Shown here piece after piece: positions 40,713 through 49,502 of a stretch of DNA of 64,000 bases. Below the pieces are notes generated by a model. The model was given only the letters and a program-made list of their open reading frames with translations, searched no databases and was not told the DNA's origin. The stretch is from Promethearchaeia archaeon (GTDB lineage: Archaea > Asgardarchaeota > Lokiarchaeia > Sigyniarchaeales > SOKP01): assembly GCA_029856045.1 (NCBI GenBank), contig JAHQWG010000039.1:32001-96000 (forward strand), in the 5' to 3' direction. Each line of letters opens with the position of its first letter. Positions within the stretch are counted from its first letter, which is position 1. Made by a program: the position numbers and the translations under genes.

Positions 40713-41492
40713 TTACATATGCAGTTGAAAGACTAATATCATGGTTCCTATCCCTGCCATCATAAAAATAAATTGCCTAAGCGTATGTTTTAATTCTATG
40801 TTTCGATGTTGTAATTCAGGATATAAATCAGATAAAGCAATGTAAATAAAACTAGCAGCTGAAAATGCCAAGATATAAGGAATCGATGTTTTAACAATAT
40901 CTAAAATAAAATAACTTATAATCGCTGCAGGAATGGTCGATGAGCTAGATAAAGTATTGTAAAATAATGCTTTCTTTTTTGAATAACCCTGATCAAGTAA
41001 GATCCCGAAGTCCCCTACTTCTTGGGGCACTTCGTGAGCAATAACAGAAAGGCTTACAGCTATACCCATTGCAAAATTAATTAAGAAACTAGATGCAATA
41101 ATAACACCATCAATAAGATTGTGGAAAGAATCTCCAATGAGAATAATTGGACCAGGAGCACCATGCACTTCACAATTTGTTACATGACAATGGCGCCAAA
41201 TTATTAATTTTTCAAGAACAAAAAAAACAATAACTCCCATTAAAATAGTTGCTAATATCAATGATATATTTTGATTAATCTGTTCTATTATGGTAATATT
41301 TTCGTTAGCATACCCGATAGCATGCGGTATCATTCCTAAAAAAGCTGCTGAAAGTAATGTTCCAGTAGCGTATGAAATTAAAACGGGAATAAGTGTATTT
41401 TGTACTTTATCATTAAATAGCAATAATGCACCTGCTGATAATATTGCTCCAACACTGCCTAAAATACTGAATAGAATAACCCATATTAACAT
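40713..41492 (-). CDS. ZIP-family metal transporter
   Basis: GDSFHNLIDG, HEVPQEVGDFG, His/Cys loop HCHVTNCEVH, FIYIALSDLYPEL. Confidence 0.95.
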   Translation of the reverse strand: MLIWVILFSILGSVGAILSAGALLLFNDKVQNTLIPVLISYATGTLLSAAFLGMIPHAIGYANENITIIEQINQNISLILATILMGVIVFFVLEKLIIWRHCHVTNCEVHGAPGPIILIGDSFHNLIDGVIIASSFLINFAMGIAVSLSVIAHEVPQEVGDFGILLDQGYSKKKALFYNTLSSSSTIPAAIISYFILDIVKTSIPYILAFSAASFIYIALSDLYPELQHRNIELKHTLRQFIFMMAGIGTMILVFQLHM

Positions 41493-41538
41493 TTTTTCAT
41501 TATCTTCTATAATTTATTTTAAATATTTATAATAAAAA

Positions 41539-41606
41539 TTACGATATATCGTAAACTAATATAATTAGAAGATAAGAAGATATTTAAACTTTACGATATG
41601 TCGTAA
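41539..41606. promoter_or_regulatory. Pair of 16-bp palindromic operators flanking a TATA box upstream of ZIP-DtxR
   Basis: TTACGATATATCGTAA (41539-41554, perfect) and TTACGATATGTCGTAA (41591-41606); TTTAAATA on the minus strand at 41581-41588. Confidence 0.75.
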
Positions 41607-41642
41607 TTATACAATTTCGTTAATTCCAATCTTAATTTAAGA

Positions 41643-43343
41643 TTAAACAAATGAAGATGCCAAATATATTGATGTACCGATTATAGTTGCAACAACCATT
41701 ATTACAATAATCAATAATCTTAAAAGAAATGTTCTTTTAAGCGGTTTTGATAATATTGCTTTAAAATTAAACCTTTTTCGAGATTTTAAAGTCACTGGTA
41801 GGAAATAAGTTATTGTAGAAGTCTTAAATTTTACTTGATCCAAAGGAACACAGAGATACATAAAAATTAGAACGCAAACAACGACCATAAAAATCGTGCT
41901 GATGATTGAATTAAGAATTAAAACAAGTGATGTTGCAAAAGCCCAACTTTGTGTTAATTGTAAAGAAATAAAAAATAACAATCCCGGGATGGCAGCTACA
42001 TCAAAAAAATCTAATTTTCTAAACTGTTTAACAAGTTCTAGTTCAGTAGGTTTATATGTGCAAATTTTGAAGAATTTATAACGAAATTTTCTTTGAAATC
42101 TTAAAATTTTATCAGATTGATTATAATCAATTGAATCTCCATTAACATCACTGAAATCCTGAGAAATTGCTCTTATGACTAAAATTGAACCGAAAATGAT
42201 TGCAAACCACCAATAGAGAGTGCCAAATAAAACAAAAAAATTCCACATTATAACGGATGTAGCAATAAAGAAAATACCCAAAATGAGATTAGTATAATGA
42301 CGATGAGTCGCATTAATTTGATTGCTTTTCATAAATTCTGAGGATTCATTGCTACTTATTGCGCAATTAAGAACATTTGATATTTCATCACATACTATTG
42401 GGATTTCTTTCAATTCTATTTTTAATGGTTCTGGCGTGAACCACATTTCATATAAATCATCCTTTGTTGCAATTTCAAAATAATGTTGAGGAGTTAAAAC
42501 CAAAAAGAACAAAGCAAAACATTCCATAATAGCAGAAAAAATTAATAAAATTCCCTGAACTGGGATTTCTAATCTCGGAATTGCGATCATGTTTATAAGA
42601 TAAAAACCTTCAATAAATGACAAAATGATAAAAGGCATTAATAGAACCACCCAAATAAGTTTAGGTCCTAATTGATTGTTTTGATACCGTAATGCTTCAA
42701 TATCATTTTTCAGAATTTTTGTAGTCCATGGAGAGGTGGGTCTGAATTCGTGGAGATACAAATTATTTTTTGAATTTGAGAAGGCACCTCGGAAAGAACT
42801 GATAACTACATATAAAAATAAACCGATCCCAAAAAGACTGGGAAAAAGACCAACAGTATAGAAATAAGAAGGACCACCTAAAACTATTGCTTGACCGAAT
42901 GGAGCTGAGTGGTGAGAAAGACCTCCAGTTAAAATGAATAGATCTACGAAACCCAAAATAAGGAATAATAATGAAGCAATTAATCTACTGAGGGCAAATG
43001 AATAAAATCTTATGGACTTTTCTGGTTTCTCATTAACTTCGAAAAACTTATCCAAATAATAAGAAACTATATGTGGTTTTGGAATTTTCATTATTGTAAT
43101 CTTTATACACATAAATAAACCTACTCCAAATAAAATCCACCCAAGAATGAAAGCAACCTCAAAATCAATACCTACATCTATAAATTCTACAGCATAACTT
43201 AGAACAAGAATAAAGAAACCAAGAATTAAAAAAAATGCTCCTAAGATAAGAATTATTAAAATTAAACGTCTTGGCTTTTCATATAATTCCTTAATTATAT
43301 CAATTTCAACGGCTTGGTTTCTTTCTTCCATTTTAACCATCAA
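41643..43343 (-). CDS. Hypothetical polytopic membrane protein
   Basis: About 11 TM segments in pairs separated by soluble beta-rich stretches; no family recognised. Confidence 0.7.
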   Translation of the reverse strand: MMVKMEERNQAVEIDIIKELYEKPRRLILIILILGAFFLILGFFILVLSYAVEFIDVGIDFEVAFILGWILFGVGLFMCIKITIMKIPKPHIVSYYLDKFFEVNEKPEKSIRFYSFALSRLIASLLFLILGFVDLFILTGGLSHHSAPFGQAIVLGGPSYFYTVGLFPSLFGIGLFLYVVISSFRGAFSNSKNNLYLHEFRPTSPWTTKILKNDIEALRYQNNQLGPKLIWVVLLMPFIILSFIEGFYLINMIAIPRLEIPVQGILLIFSAIMECFALFFLVLTPQHYFEIATKDDLYEMWFTPEPLKIELKEIPIVCDEISNVLNCAISSNESSEFMKSNQINATHRHYTNLILGIFFIATSVIMWNFFVLFGTLYWWFAIIFGSILVIRAISQDFSDVNGDSIDYNQSDKILRFQRKFRYKFFKICTYKPTELELVKQFRKLDFFDVAAIPGLLFFISLQLTQSWAFATSLVLILNSIISTIFMVVVCVLIFMYLCVPLDQVKFKTSTITYFLPVTLKSRKRFNFKAILSKPLKRTFLLRLLIIVIMVVATIIGTSIYLASSFV

Positions 43344-43378
43344 ATATTTTTACTTAACTCTTTTATTTTTATTTTTAT

Positions 43379-44917
43379 TTAACTTGAAGGTGGTGGAATA
43401 ATTCCATAAGCGCGACCCATCCAATAAATGCAATTATATGTTCGACCATCTCCTTCGGTTAAGCCATTTCCCTGACGTCCACCATCTTCTTCAAATGGAT
43501 TATCACCCCAGAAGTTCCCAGGGTCATAATACATCATATCAACTGTGGCAGGTTGCAACCAAAGTTCATCATCAAAATCAATTTCTAGTGAAATAGGTGC
43601 ATACAGAATCCCTAATGGTCCATTTAGAATTTCACTCCACTTTTCTGGTGCTGGATTCCTTGTATGCCATGAGGGACGTTCTGTTGCATTAAAGTTTATA
43701 TATGCTCCCTGTCCCCATTCTATATTATTTTGAAACCGCATTAACTGGTCATAGATATCATTTCGAATAGTTAGATTTTCATCTCCCGTCCAAACAAGAT
43801 AAATCATATTAAAAAAAGCATTACGATGATATCTTATGAGCGGATAAGTGCCTTGAATATATTCATTAATAAAATATTGCTTTAAGTTAGGATCTTGTGT
43901 AGTCATAATTAAATTGAAGAGGTCCATGTGTCCAAAATTCCATCCGTAGTACTCTTCAATTATGTTGAAAGCAGAACCCTCTCCAATACCATTCATATAC
44001 ATGTTTTTAGTTGCATAATAGTGCCATAAATCATCATATAATCCAGGATATGCTATTCTACCCAAATTTAATAGAGATAAAATCCATTCTCCTGAGCCTA
44101 AGGTTGCTTTCAAGTCAGTTCCGCAAGGATTCCCATCTCCTCCAATAACCAGCCAGTTGGTTTCTCGAAAACCCTCAATTAATTGAGCGATTAATAGTTT
44201 TACACGTTCTTGAACCCATGGGTCATCACATAACTGAAGTGCGCGCCCTAAACCAAACAAATAACCGCCCATTTCATCCTTTGAGGTATATAACCTACAG
44301 CGCCAGTTTTTATAATCTCCAGAACCATTAAAATGCCTTACATGGGGGCTTAGCATCCAGTTGCTGACATGTTCATATCCTGGGATATTTTTATGCTCAG
44401 GAGCCCAATAAAATCTTGCCGGTATTCCCGGATAATCAGGACCAATTCCACCATTGGGAACAGCGAGCATATAAGAGAATCCGGTTAGTAATCCCTTTAT
44501 TATTTTCAATGCATCTTCCATCATTGTTTGGTTTCCTTCATCTTTCGTTGCTTTGTATTTAAAGCAATAAGTAGCTAGTGAAGTTCCAGTTGATAACCCA
44601 GCATTATCGGTAGAATGGTAATATGCAGGTATCGTGTAGTTATAATCTGTGAATGTAATTGTTAAGGATAAATTTGAAGCCATATGGTATTGTTCAAATC
44701 GATCATCTATTTTTGCAGACCACTGAGCCATTTTGTTGAAATCGGGCTCAATAAAATCAGTCGTATTTAATCCGATAGTATAAGTAAAGGAGGCTATATC
44801 ATCCAAAATATAAAATACACCGCCAGCGTATCCCAAAAATGAACCAAATGGGAGAAAAAATAACAATACTACAAGTAAATTATGTCGTTTTAAATGTTTT
44901 CTTGATCGAATTCTCAT
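43379..44917 (-). CDS. Exported or membrane-anchored hypothetical protein, possibly an (alpha/alpha)-barrel glycosidase-like enzyme
   Basis: Basic N-terminus plus hydrophobic helix; STDNAGLSTG, TSKDEMGGYLFG, YWMGRAYG motifs; W/Y/D-rich. Confidence 0.6.
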   Translation of the reverse strand: MRIRSRKHLKRHNLLVVLLFFLPFGSFLGYAGGVFYILDDIASFTYTIGLNTTDFIEPDFNKMAQWSAKIDDRFEQYHMASNLSLTITFTDYNYTIPAYYHSTDNAGLSTGTSLATYCFKYKATKDEGNQTMMEDALKIIKGLLTGFSYMLAVPNGGIGPDYPGIPARFYWAPEHKNIPGYEHVSNWMLSPHVRHFNGSGDYKNWRCRLYTSKDEMGGYLFGLGRALQLCDDPWVQERVKLLIAQLIEGFRETNWLVIGGDGNPCGTDLKATLGSGEWILSLLNLGRIAYPGLYDDLWHYYATKNMYMNGIGEGSAFNIIEEYYGWNFGHMDLFNLIMTTQDPNLKQYFINEYIQGTYPLIRYHRNAFFNMIYLVWTGDENLTIRNDIYDQLMRFQNNIEWGQGAYINFNATERPSWHTRNPAPEKWSEILNGPLGILYAPISLEIDFDDELWLQPATVDMMYYDPGNFWGDNPFEEDGGRQGNGLTEGDGRTYNCIYWMGRAYGIIPPPSS

Positions 44918-45129
44918 TTTTTATACACAAGATTACATTAAATAAAAGATTGGATTTATAATTATATAAATTTTAAATTTTAGATTTGTTAATTTAGAAT
45001 AATTATTAAAGAGATTTTTTACAATATTTTTAAAAATGTAAGTTAAAAATTAAAAATAATTCATAAAAAAAGAAATTATTTTAAAAAAGAGGATTTTCAG
45101 AATTATAAATCTTATTTAAAACAGCCTCT

Positions 45130-45747
45130 TTAAGTATTTAGTAAATATTTTATTGAAAAACCAGCTATATTTGAAAGATATTTAATTAATTTATCATCTG
45201 TATCAAATAATTTCATTAAAGATAAATGATGAAATATAATCGCATTAAGAAGATTAAAAAGAAATATAAATACTTCAATCAATTTTTCTTCAGGTATTAC
45301 ACTAAAGTCTTTATTTATCATTCTTAATTTTTGCGCTAGATCTTTAAAAATTTTAAAAATACCTTTTTTATGTGCTTCGAGTAATGTTTTATCAGATTGA
45401 ATAGCAGATCTAAATGCTATATTATATCCCTTATTTTCCTCATGATTTTTAAATAAATCAAAAATGAAATTATTAAGAAATTCTATGGTATTTTTATTAC
45501 TAAGCTCAATTAAATCTTCTCTATCTAACATAGTTTCCATTGATTTTTCGAAATATTTTCTTACAATATCTTCTTTACCTTTTGGAAAATATTTATAAAT
45601 GGTTCCTATACTAAATTTAGCTGCATTTGCCACATGATTTGTGCTTGTTTTATGATAACCATTTTTTAATACAAGATCAAAAAAGATTTTATAAATTTGA
45701 TTTATTTTTTTTTGTTTATTTCGAGAAAATTTTTTTCTTGTCATCAT
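45130..45747 (-). CDS. TetR/AcrR-family regulator
   Basis: GYHKTSTNHVANAAKFSIGTIYKYFPKGKEDI. Likely start MMTRKK at 45747. Confidence 0.92.
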   Translation of the reverse strand: MMTRKKFSRNKQKKINQIYKIFFDLVLKNGYHKTSTNHVANAAKFSIGTIYKYFPKGKEDIVRKYFEKSMETMLDREDLIELSNKNTIEFLNNFIFDLFKNHEENKGYNIAFRSAIQSDKTLLEAHKKGIFKIFKDLAQKLRMINKDFSVIPEEKLIEVFIFLFNLLNAIIFHHLSLMKLFDTDDKLIKYLSNIAGFSIKYLLNT

Positions 45748-45758
45748 AATAATATAAA

Positions 45759-45801
45759 ATGAGCAATGGCTCATAAATTTTATAAGTAAGCAAATACTCA
45801 T
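45759..45801. promoter_or_regulatory. TetR-type operators ATGAGC-N4-GCTCAT (one perfect and one degenerate copy)
   Basis: ATGAGCAATGGCTCAT at 45759-45774 and GTAAGCAAATACTCAT at 45786-45801, in the divergent intergenic region. Confidence 0.65.
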
Positions 45802-45834
45802 TTATTTAAATATTAATTAAAACAGTTTAAAAAA

Positions 45835-46710
45835 ATGCCCCAAGGAGATTTAATAAAATTTCATAGATCAAATCATCAGAATGATCTTGATGTTCTCGAA
45901 GGTCTAATTTATCCTATATTTTCTAAGAAAAACAAAAAAAATAAGCAACATTGGAAGGAAATCCGCTCATTATTATTATCTTCCATGAAATGTGCTAAGG
46001 TTAATAAATTTAAAAGAACTATATTTTGGTTTTATGTAAATAGAACAATAACTAAAGGCTTGAAAAAAGGAAAACGATTTATTGAGGTTGAACATATACT
46101 ACGAAAATTTATTAGAAAATACGTGGATCATGAAAAAGATCGAAAGATCAATGCAATCAAACGCGCAAAAAGGAGTTTTGAAAAAGTTAAAGACTACATC
46201 GTAGGAGATAGGATACTAGATCTTGGTGCAGGAGATGGATTTTTGTCTTTAGAAATAAAAGAACAACTTGGAAAAGAAGTTGTGCTTATTGATATTGTAG
46301 ATTACAATTATACAGACCTTCCATTAATTTTGTACAATCCAGATGGAGAGATACCGTTAGCAGATGAGGGAGTAGATACTACCATTCTTTATACTGTTTT
46401 ACATCATGCGGATAATCCAGAATATTTATTAAAGGAAGCAGTGAGAGTAACGAAACATCGCTTAGTAATTTTAGAAGCATATGCTGAGGATGACGATATA
46501 AGAGTGACCAATAGCTTTTTCGATTGGTTTTACAATCGAGTAATTGGGGATGAAGATATCAATGTTCCTCTTAATTTTCGCAATCTGGACGGATGGGAAA
46601 AAATTTTGAAAAAATATGGATTTGAAGTGATTGAAAGTAAATATATTGGACTTGATGAACCTATTGTACCAGAATATAAAGTAATTATTATAGCTAAACA
46701 TGCCAATTAA
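45835..46710 (+). CDS. Class I SAM-dependent methyltransferase
   Basis: ILDLGAGDG, VLHHADNP, LKEAVRV. Confidence 0.9.
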   Translation: MPQGDLIKFHRSNHQNDLDVLEGLIYPIFSKKNKKNKQHWKEIRSLLLSSMKCAKVNKFKRTIFWFYVNRTITKGLKKGKRFIEVEHILRKFIRKYVDHEKDRKINAIKRAKRSFEKVKDYIVGDRILDLGAGDGFLSLEIKEQLGKEVVLIDIVDYNYTDLPLILYNPDGEIPLADEGVDTTILYTVLHHADNPEYLLKEAVRVTKHRLVILEAYAEDDDIRVTNSFFDWFYNRVIGDEDINVPLNFRNLDGWEKILKKYGFEVIESKYIGLDEPIVPEYKVIIIAKHAN

Positions 46711-47002
46711 TAAATCTAATATTAAATTAGACGAGAATTATCGAAAAAAAAAGAGACCTATGAATTTAGATTTATCAGGGTTAATATTATTCTTTCTTCA
46801 ATAATGCTTGTAGGATTAATTAATACTCTAGGTTTTGAAGAAATAAATAAATTTTTTTTTCCGTTATCTTCAATATTATTTTTAGCAATAGGGATAATTA
46901 TTAAAAAGATGAGATAGAAAGTAAATATTAAAAATGTGAAAATTCAAATAATAATTGTTCTAAGAATAATATTTAGTTAAAAATATTTAAAAGGTTTTTA
47001 GA

Positions 47003-47779
47003 GTGTTTTTTCAAGTTAGTCAGTTGGCTCACGTTTCCGGGATAACTGCACTTATATCTAACTTTGCGGCTTTACTTTTAGCGGGAATTATATTTATTAA
47101 AGCATATAATGAGAAATCTCGAATTTTGTTTGAATTTGCTTTATGTGTAATGTTCACGTCTTCACCATGGTATCCAAGTGGATTCGGATATCTTAATCTT
47201 TTAATTACTGGTTCTCCACTTCCATATGATATTTATATTATAATTGGAAATCTTTTACTTCCTCTCGCAATAATCTTCTGGCTTGATATATATCTTACGA
47301 CAGTTAAACCAAGAAAGAGAAAGTTAATATTAAGTATATATGTTATATTTTCGCTAATTTTCTGGATATATTCTTTTTATTTCTTATATTTTTCTCCAAA
47401 TTCTCCTGTTGAAGAGATGTTAGGAATAATAGATGACCCAACAAATCCATTTGATATTGATTATAAAGGATTTGTTTTAGTGTATTTAGCAGTTAGTATA
47501 TTTACATCATGTGCAACCGGCTTTCATTTTGCTGCAAAATCTTTAAAAATAGAAGAAAAAGAAATCCAATGGAAGGGGAGATTTTTATTAATCGCATTTT
47601 TATGCTTCGGTATAGGTGCTATCGCAGATTCAGTTATTCCAATGAATGAGATCTCATTGGTGATTTTCAGAATAATATTAATTTTAGCAAATTTGTTTTT
47701 CTATATCGGTTTTATTCTGCCTAAGTGGATAAAAAAGATTATCTTTCGTGAAAATAAAACCCTGACAGTCGGAATATAA
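47003..47779 (+). CDS. Seven-transmembrane protein of unknown function
   Basis: Seven hydrophobic segments counted; C-terminal GFILPKW. Confidence 0.7.
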   Translation: MFFQVSQLAHVSGITALISNFAALLLAGIIFIKAYNEKSRILFEFALCVMFTSSPWYPSGFGYLNLLITGSPLPYDIYIIIGNLLLPLAIIFWLDIYLTTVKPRKRKLILSIYVIFSLIFWIYSFYFLYFSPNSPVEEMLGIIDDPTNPFDIDYKGFVLVYLAVSIFTSCATGFHFAAKSLKIEEKEIQWKGRFLLIAFLCFGIGAIADSVIPMNEISLVIFRIILILANLFFYIGFILPKWIKKIIFRENKTLTVGI

Positions 47780-47878
47780 ATTTTTATTGAATTTGAGATT
47801 TTTTTTTATTATATATTAAATTTCATTAATGAATTTTACATTTTAAAATGAAAGAGAATTTTTTGGGCATAAAATGAA

Positions 47879-48253
47879 ATGCGACTAAATAAAAAATTTT
47901 TAAAAGAATTTCAGGATTACGATTTTTCCCTAATAAAAGAAAAGGATATATTTTTAGTGGGATCAGCAAGGTTTCATGATTATTTCGTTAAAATTGAGTC
48001 GATCTTACAAATAAAATATAAAAAATTAGTTTCTATTGCCTCGGTGGATGGACTCTTGAATAAAGATATGTTTTCAGAAGATGAATGGGAAATTTTACAA
48101 GACATTGCATTTTCTAAATTAAAAGATCAGAAAGCAATTTTAGTTTTAGATATAAATGGTTATATTGGAGATCATACAAAACAAGAGATAAAATTCTTTC
48201 AGAATGAAATACATAGACCTATATATTATTTATCACGATTAAGAATTTCTTAA
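47879..48253 (+). CDS. Hypothetical protein, possible nucleoside deoxyribosyltransferase-like fold
   Basis: IFLVGSARF...AILVLDINGYIGDHTKQEI pattern. Confidence 0.5.
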   Translation: MRLNKKFLKEFQDYDFSLIKEKDIFLVGSARFHDYFVKIESILQIKYKKLVSIASVDGLLNKDMFSEDEWEILQDIAFSKLKDQKAILVLDINGYIGDHTKQEIKFFQNEIHRPIYYLSRLRIS

Positions 48254-48363
48254 TTTTTAAGAGGAAGTTTTAGTAATATCTGGATATTCCTTTTTTTTTT
48301 TTAGTAATTTAAATATTTAGAATTAGAACTAGACTAATTCATACATAATAGATTTTTGGATAT

Positions 48364-49119
48364 TTGATGATTAAGGATATTTTTATTATAAAGGATGGAG
48401 TTCCCCTATTAACTGAGCAATGTCCAAAAGTAAATGGGATCCTAAGTAAAAATGATAATGCACTTATGATTTCTGGGTTTTTCTCAGCCTTGGATTCTCT
48501 ATCGGACCAATTTCAAGATTTTGGAAATATTAGTGAATTAAAATTATCTAATGATATGAAATTATCTTTTATGAGGGACCCCAAAATCGATAATTTAATC
48601 TATATAGCATCAACAGATACAAAAAGTGATGAGAAATCAGTTAAAAAAATATTAAAAAAAATATCTTCTTCATTTTCAAATAAATATAATGCTGATATGT
48701 TAGAAAAATGGAGTGGTAAGCGAGCTGATTTTAAAGAATTTAAAGAAGAATTAGAAAAAATTTATTCTTATGATGATAATTTAGAAGAGTCTAATAATAA
48801 TCAAGATATGGAAGAAAAACTGGATGTTCAGAAAAATCACGAAGAAAATGTTAATGAAGATAAAAATGAACAAGTTATTGAAGTAAAAACTCCCCCTAAA
48901 AAAAACTCATTTTCAAATGCCAAACCAATATTAAGAATTAAATCAAATTTAAATCCAGAAAGGTTTTTAACTGGAGAAAAGGCTATTAATATCATTAAAG
49001 AGATAAATGGAAACAGAACTGTTGCTGATATCTCCAGTAAATTACAATACGATGAAAAGGAAGTTTTTAATATATGTAAAAATCTCATGAAAATGGGATT
49101 AATGTCATTTTGTATGTAA
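48364..49119 (+). CDS. Longin/roadblock-like N-terminal domain, acidic linker and C-terminal winged helix
   Basis: IFIIKDGVPL...MISGFFSALDSLS...F..KY...WSG....F..F (longin-like); INGNRTVADIS....L.KMGLM (wHTH). Confidence 0.7.
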   Translation: MMIKDIFIIKDGVPLLTEQCPKVNGILSKNDNALMISGFFSALDSLSDQFQDFGNISELKLSNDMKLSFMRDPKIDNLIYIASTDTKSDEKSVKKILKKISSSFSNKYNADMLEKWSGKRADFKEFKEELEKIYSYDDNLEESNNNQDMEEKLDVQKNHEENVNEDKNEQVIEVKTPPKKNSFSNAKPILRIKSNLNPERFLTGEKAINIIKEINGNRTVADISSKLQYDEKEVFNICKNLMKMGLMSFCM

Positions 49120-49502
49120 TTTATTGATTTTTTTAAATTTGAAAGCTTTATAAAATAAAAACTGCCTGAATATGTTCTTTATTTGCTGAATTTTTTTTTA
49201 AATTGAAATTTCTCTGGCTTTTTAGATAAAGTTTCATAAAGATCTTCGAATTTAAGGTTAAAATATTGTTCTTATTGAAATATTTTATCAAATTCCCAAT
49301 TTAAATCAATATTTGTTGATTTTTGTTCAAAAATTTCTACTTCATCTTGATAAATTTTGAAAGATCTTTCAGATTTTAAGAGATAATAAGTGATAATTAA
49401 ATCACTAATTTTATAACCTGCTCCTCAAAATGAAACGTTATTTACTGAATCTTTATTTGAAAAAAAAAAAAATTATTAAAATTAAAATATTTTAATTGAA
49501 AG

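Noticed and set aside
46760-46917. Small hydrophobic ORF pair (14 aa and 37 aa) that could be one frameshifted membrane peptide
   Set aside because: Hydrophobic translations are expected from T-rich DNA; no other support.
49120-49420. Decayed minus-strand coding remnant
   Set aside because: Reads as protein-like with stops, but no family could be recognised.
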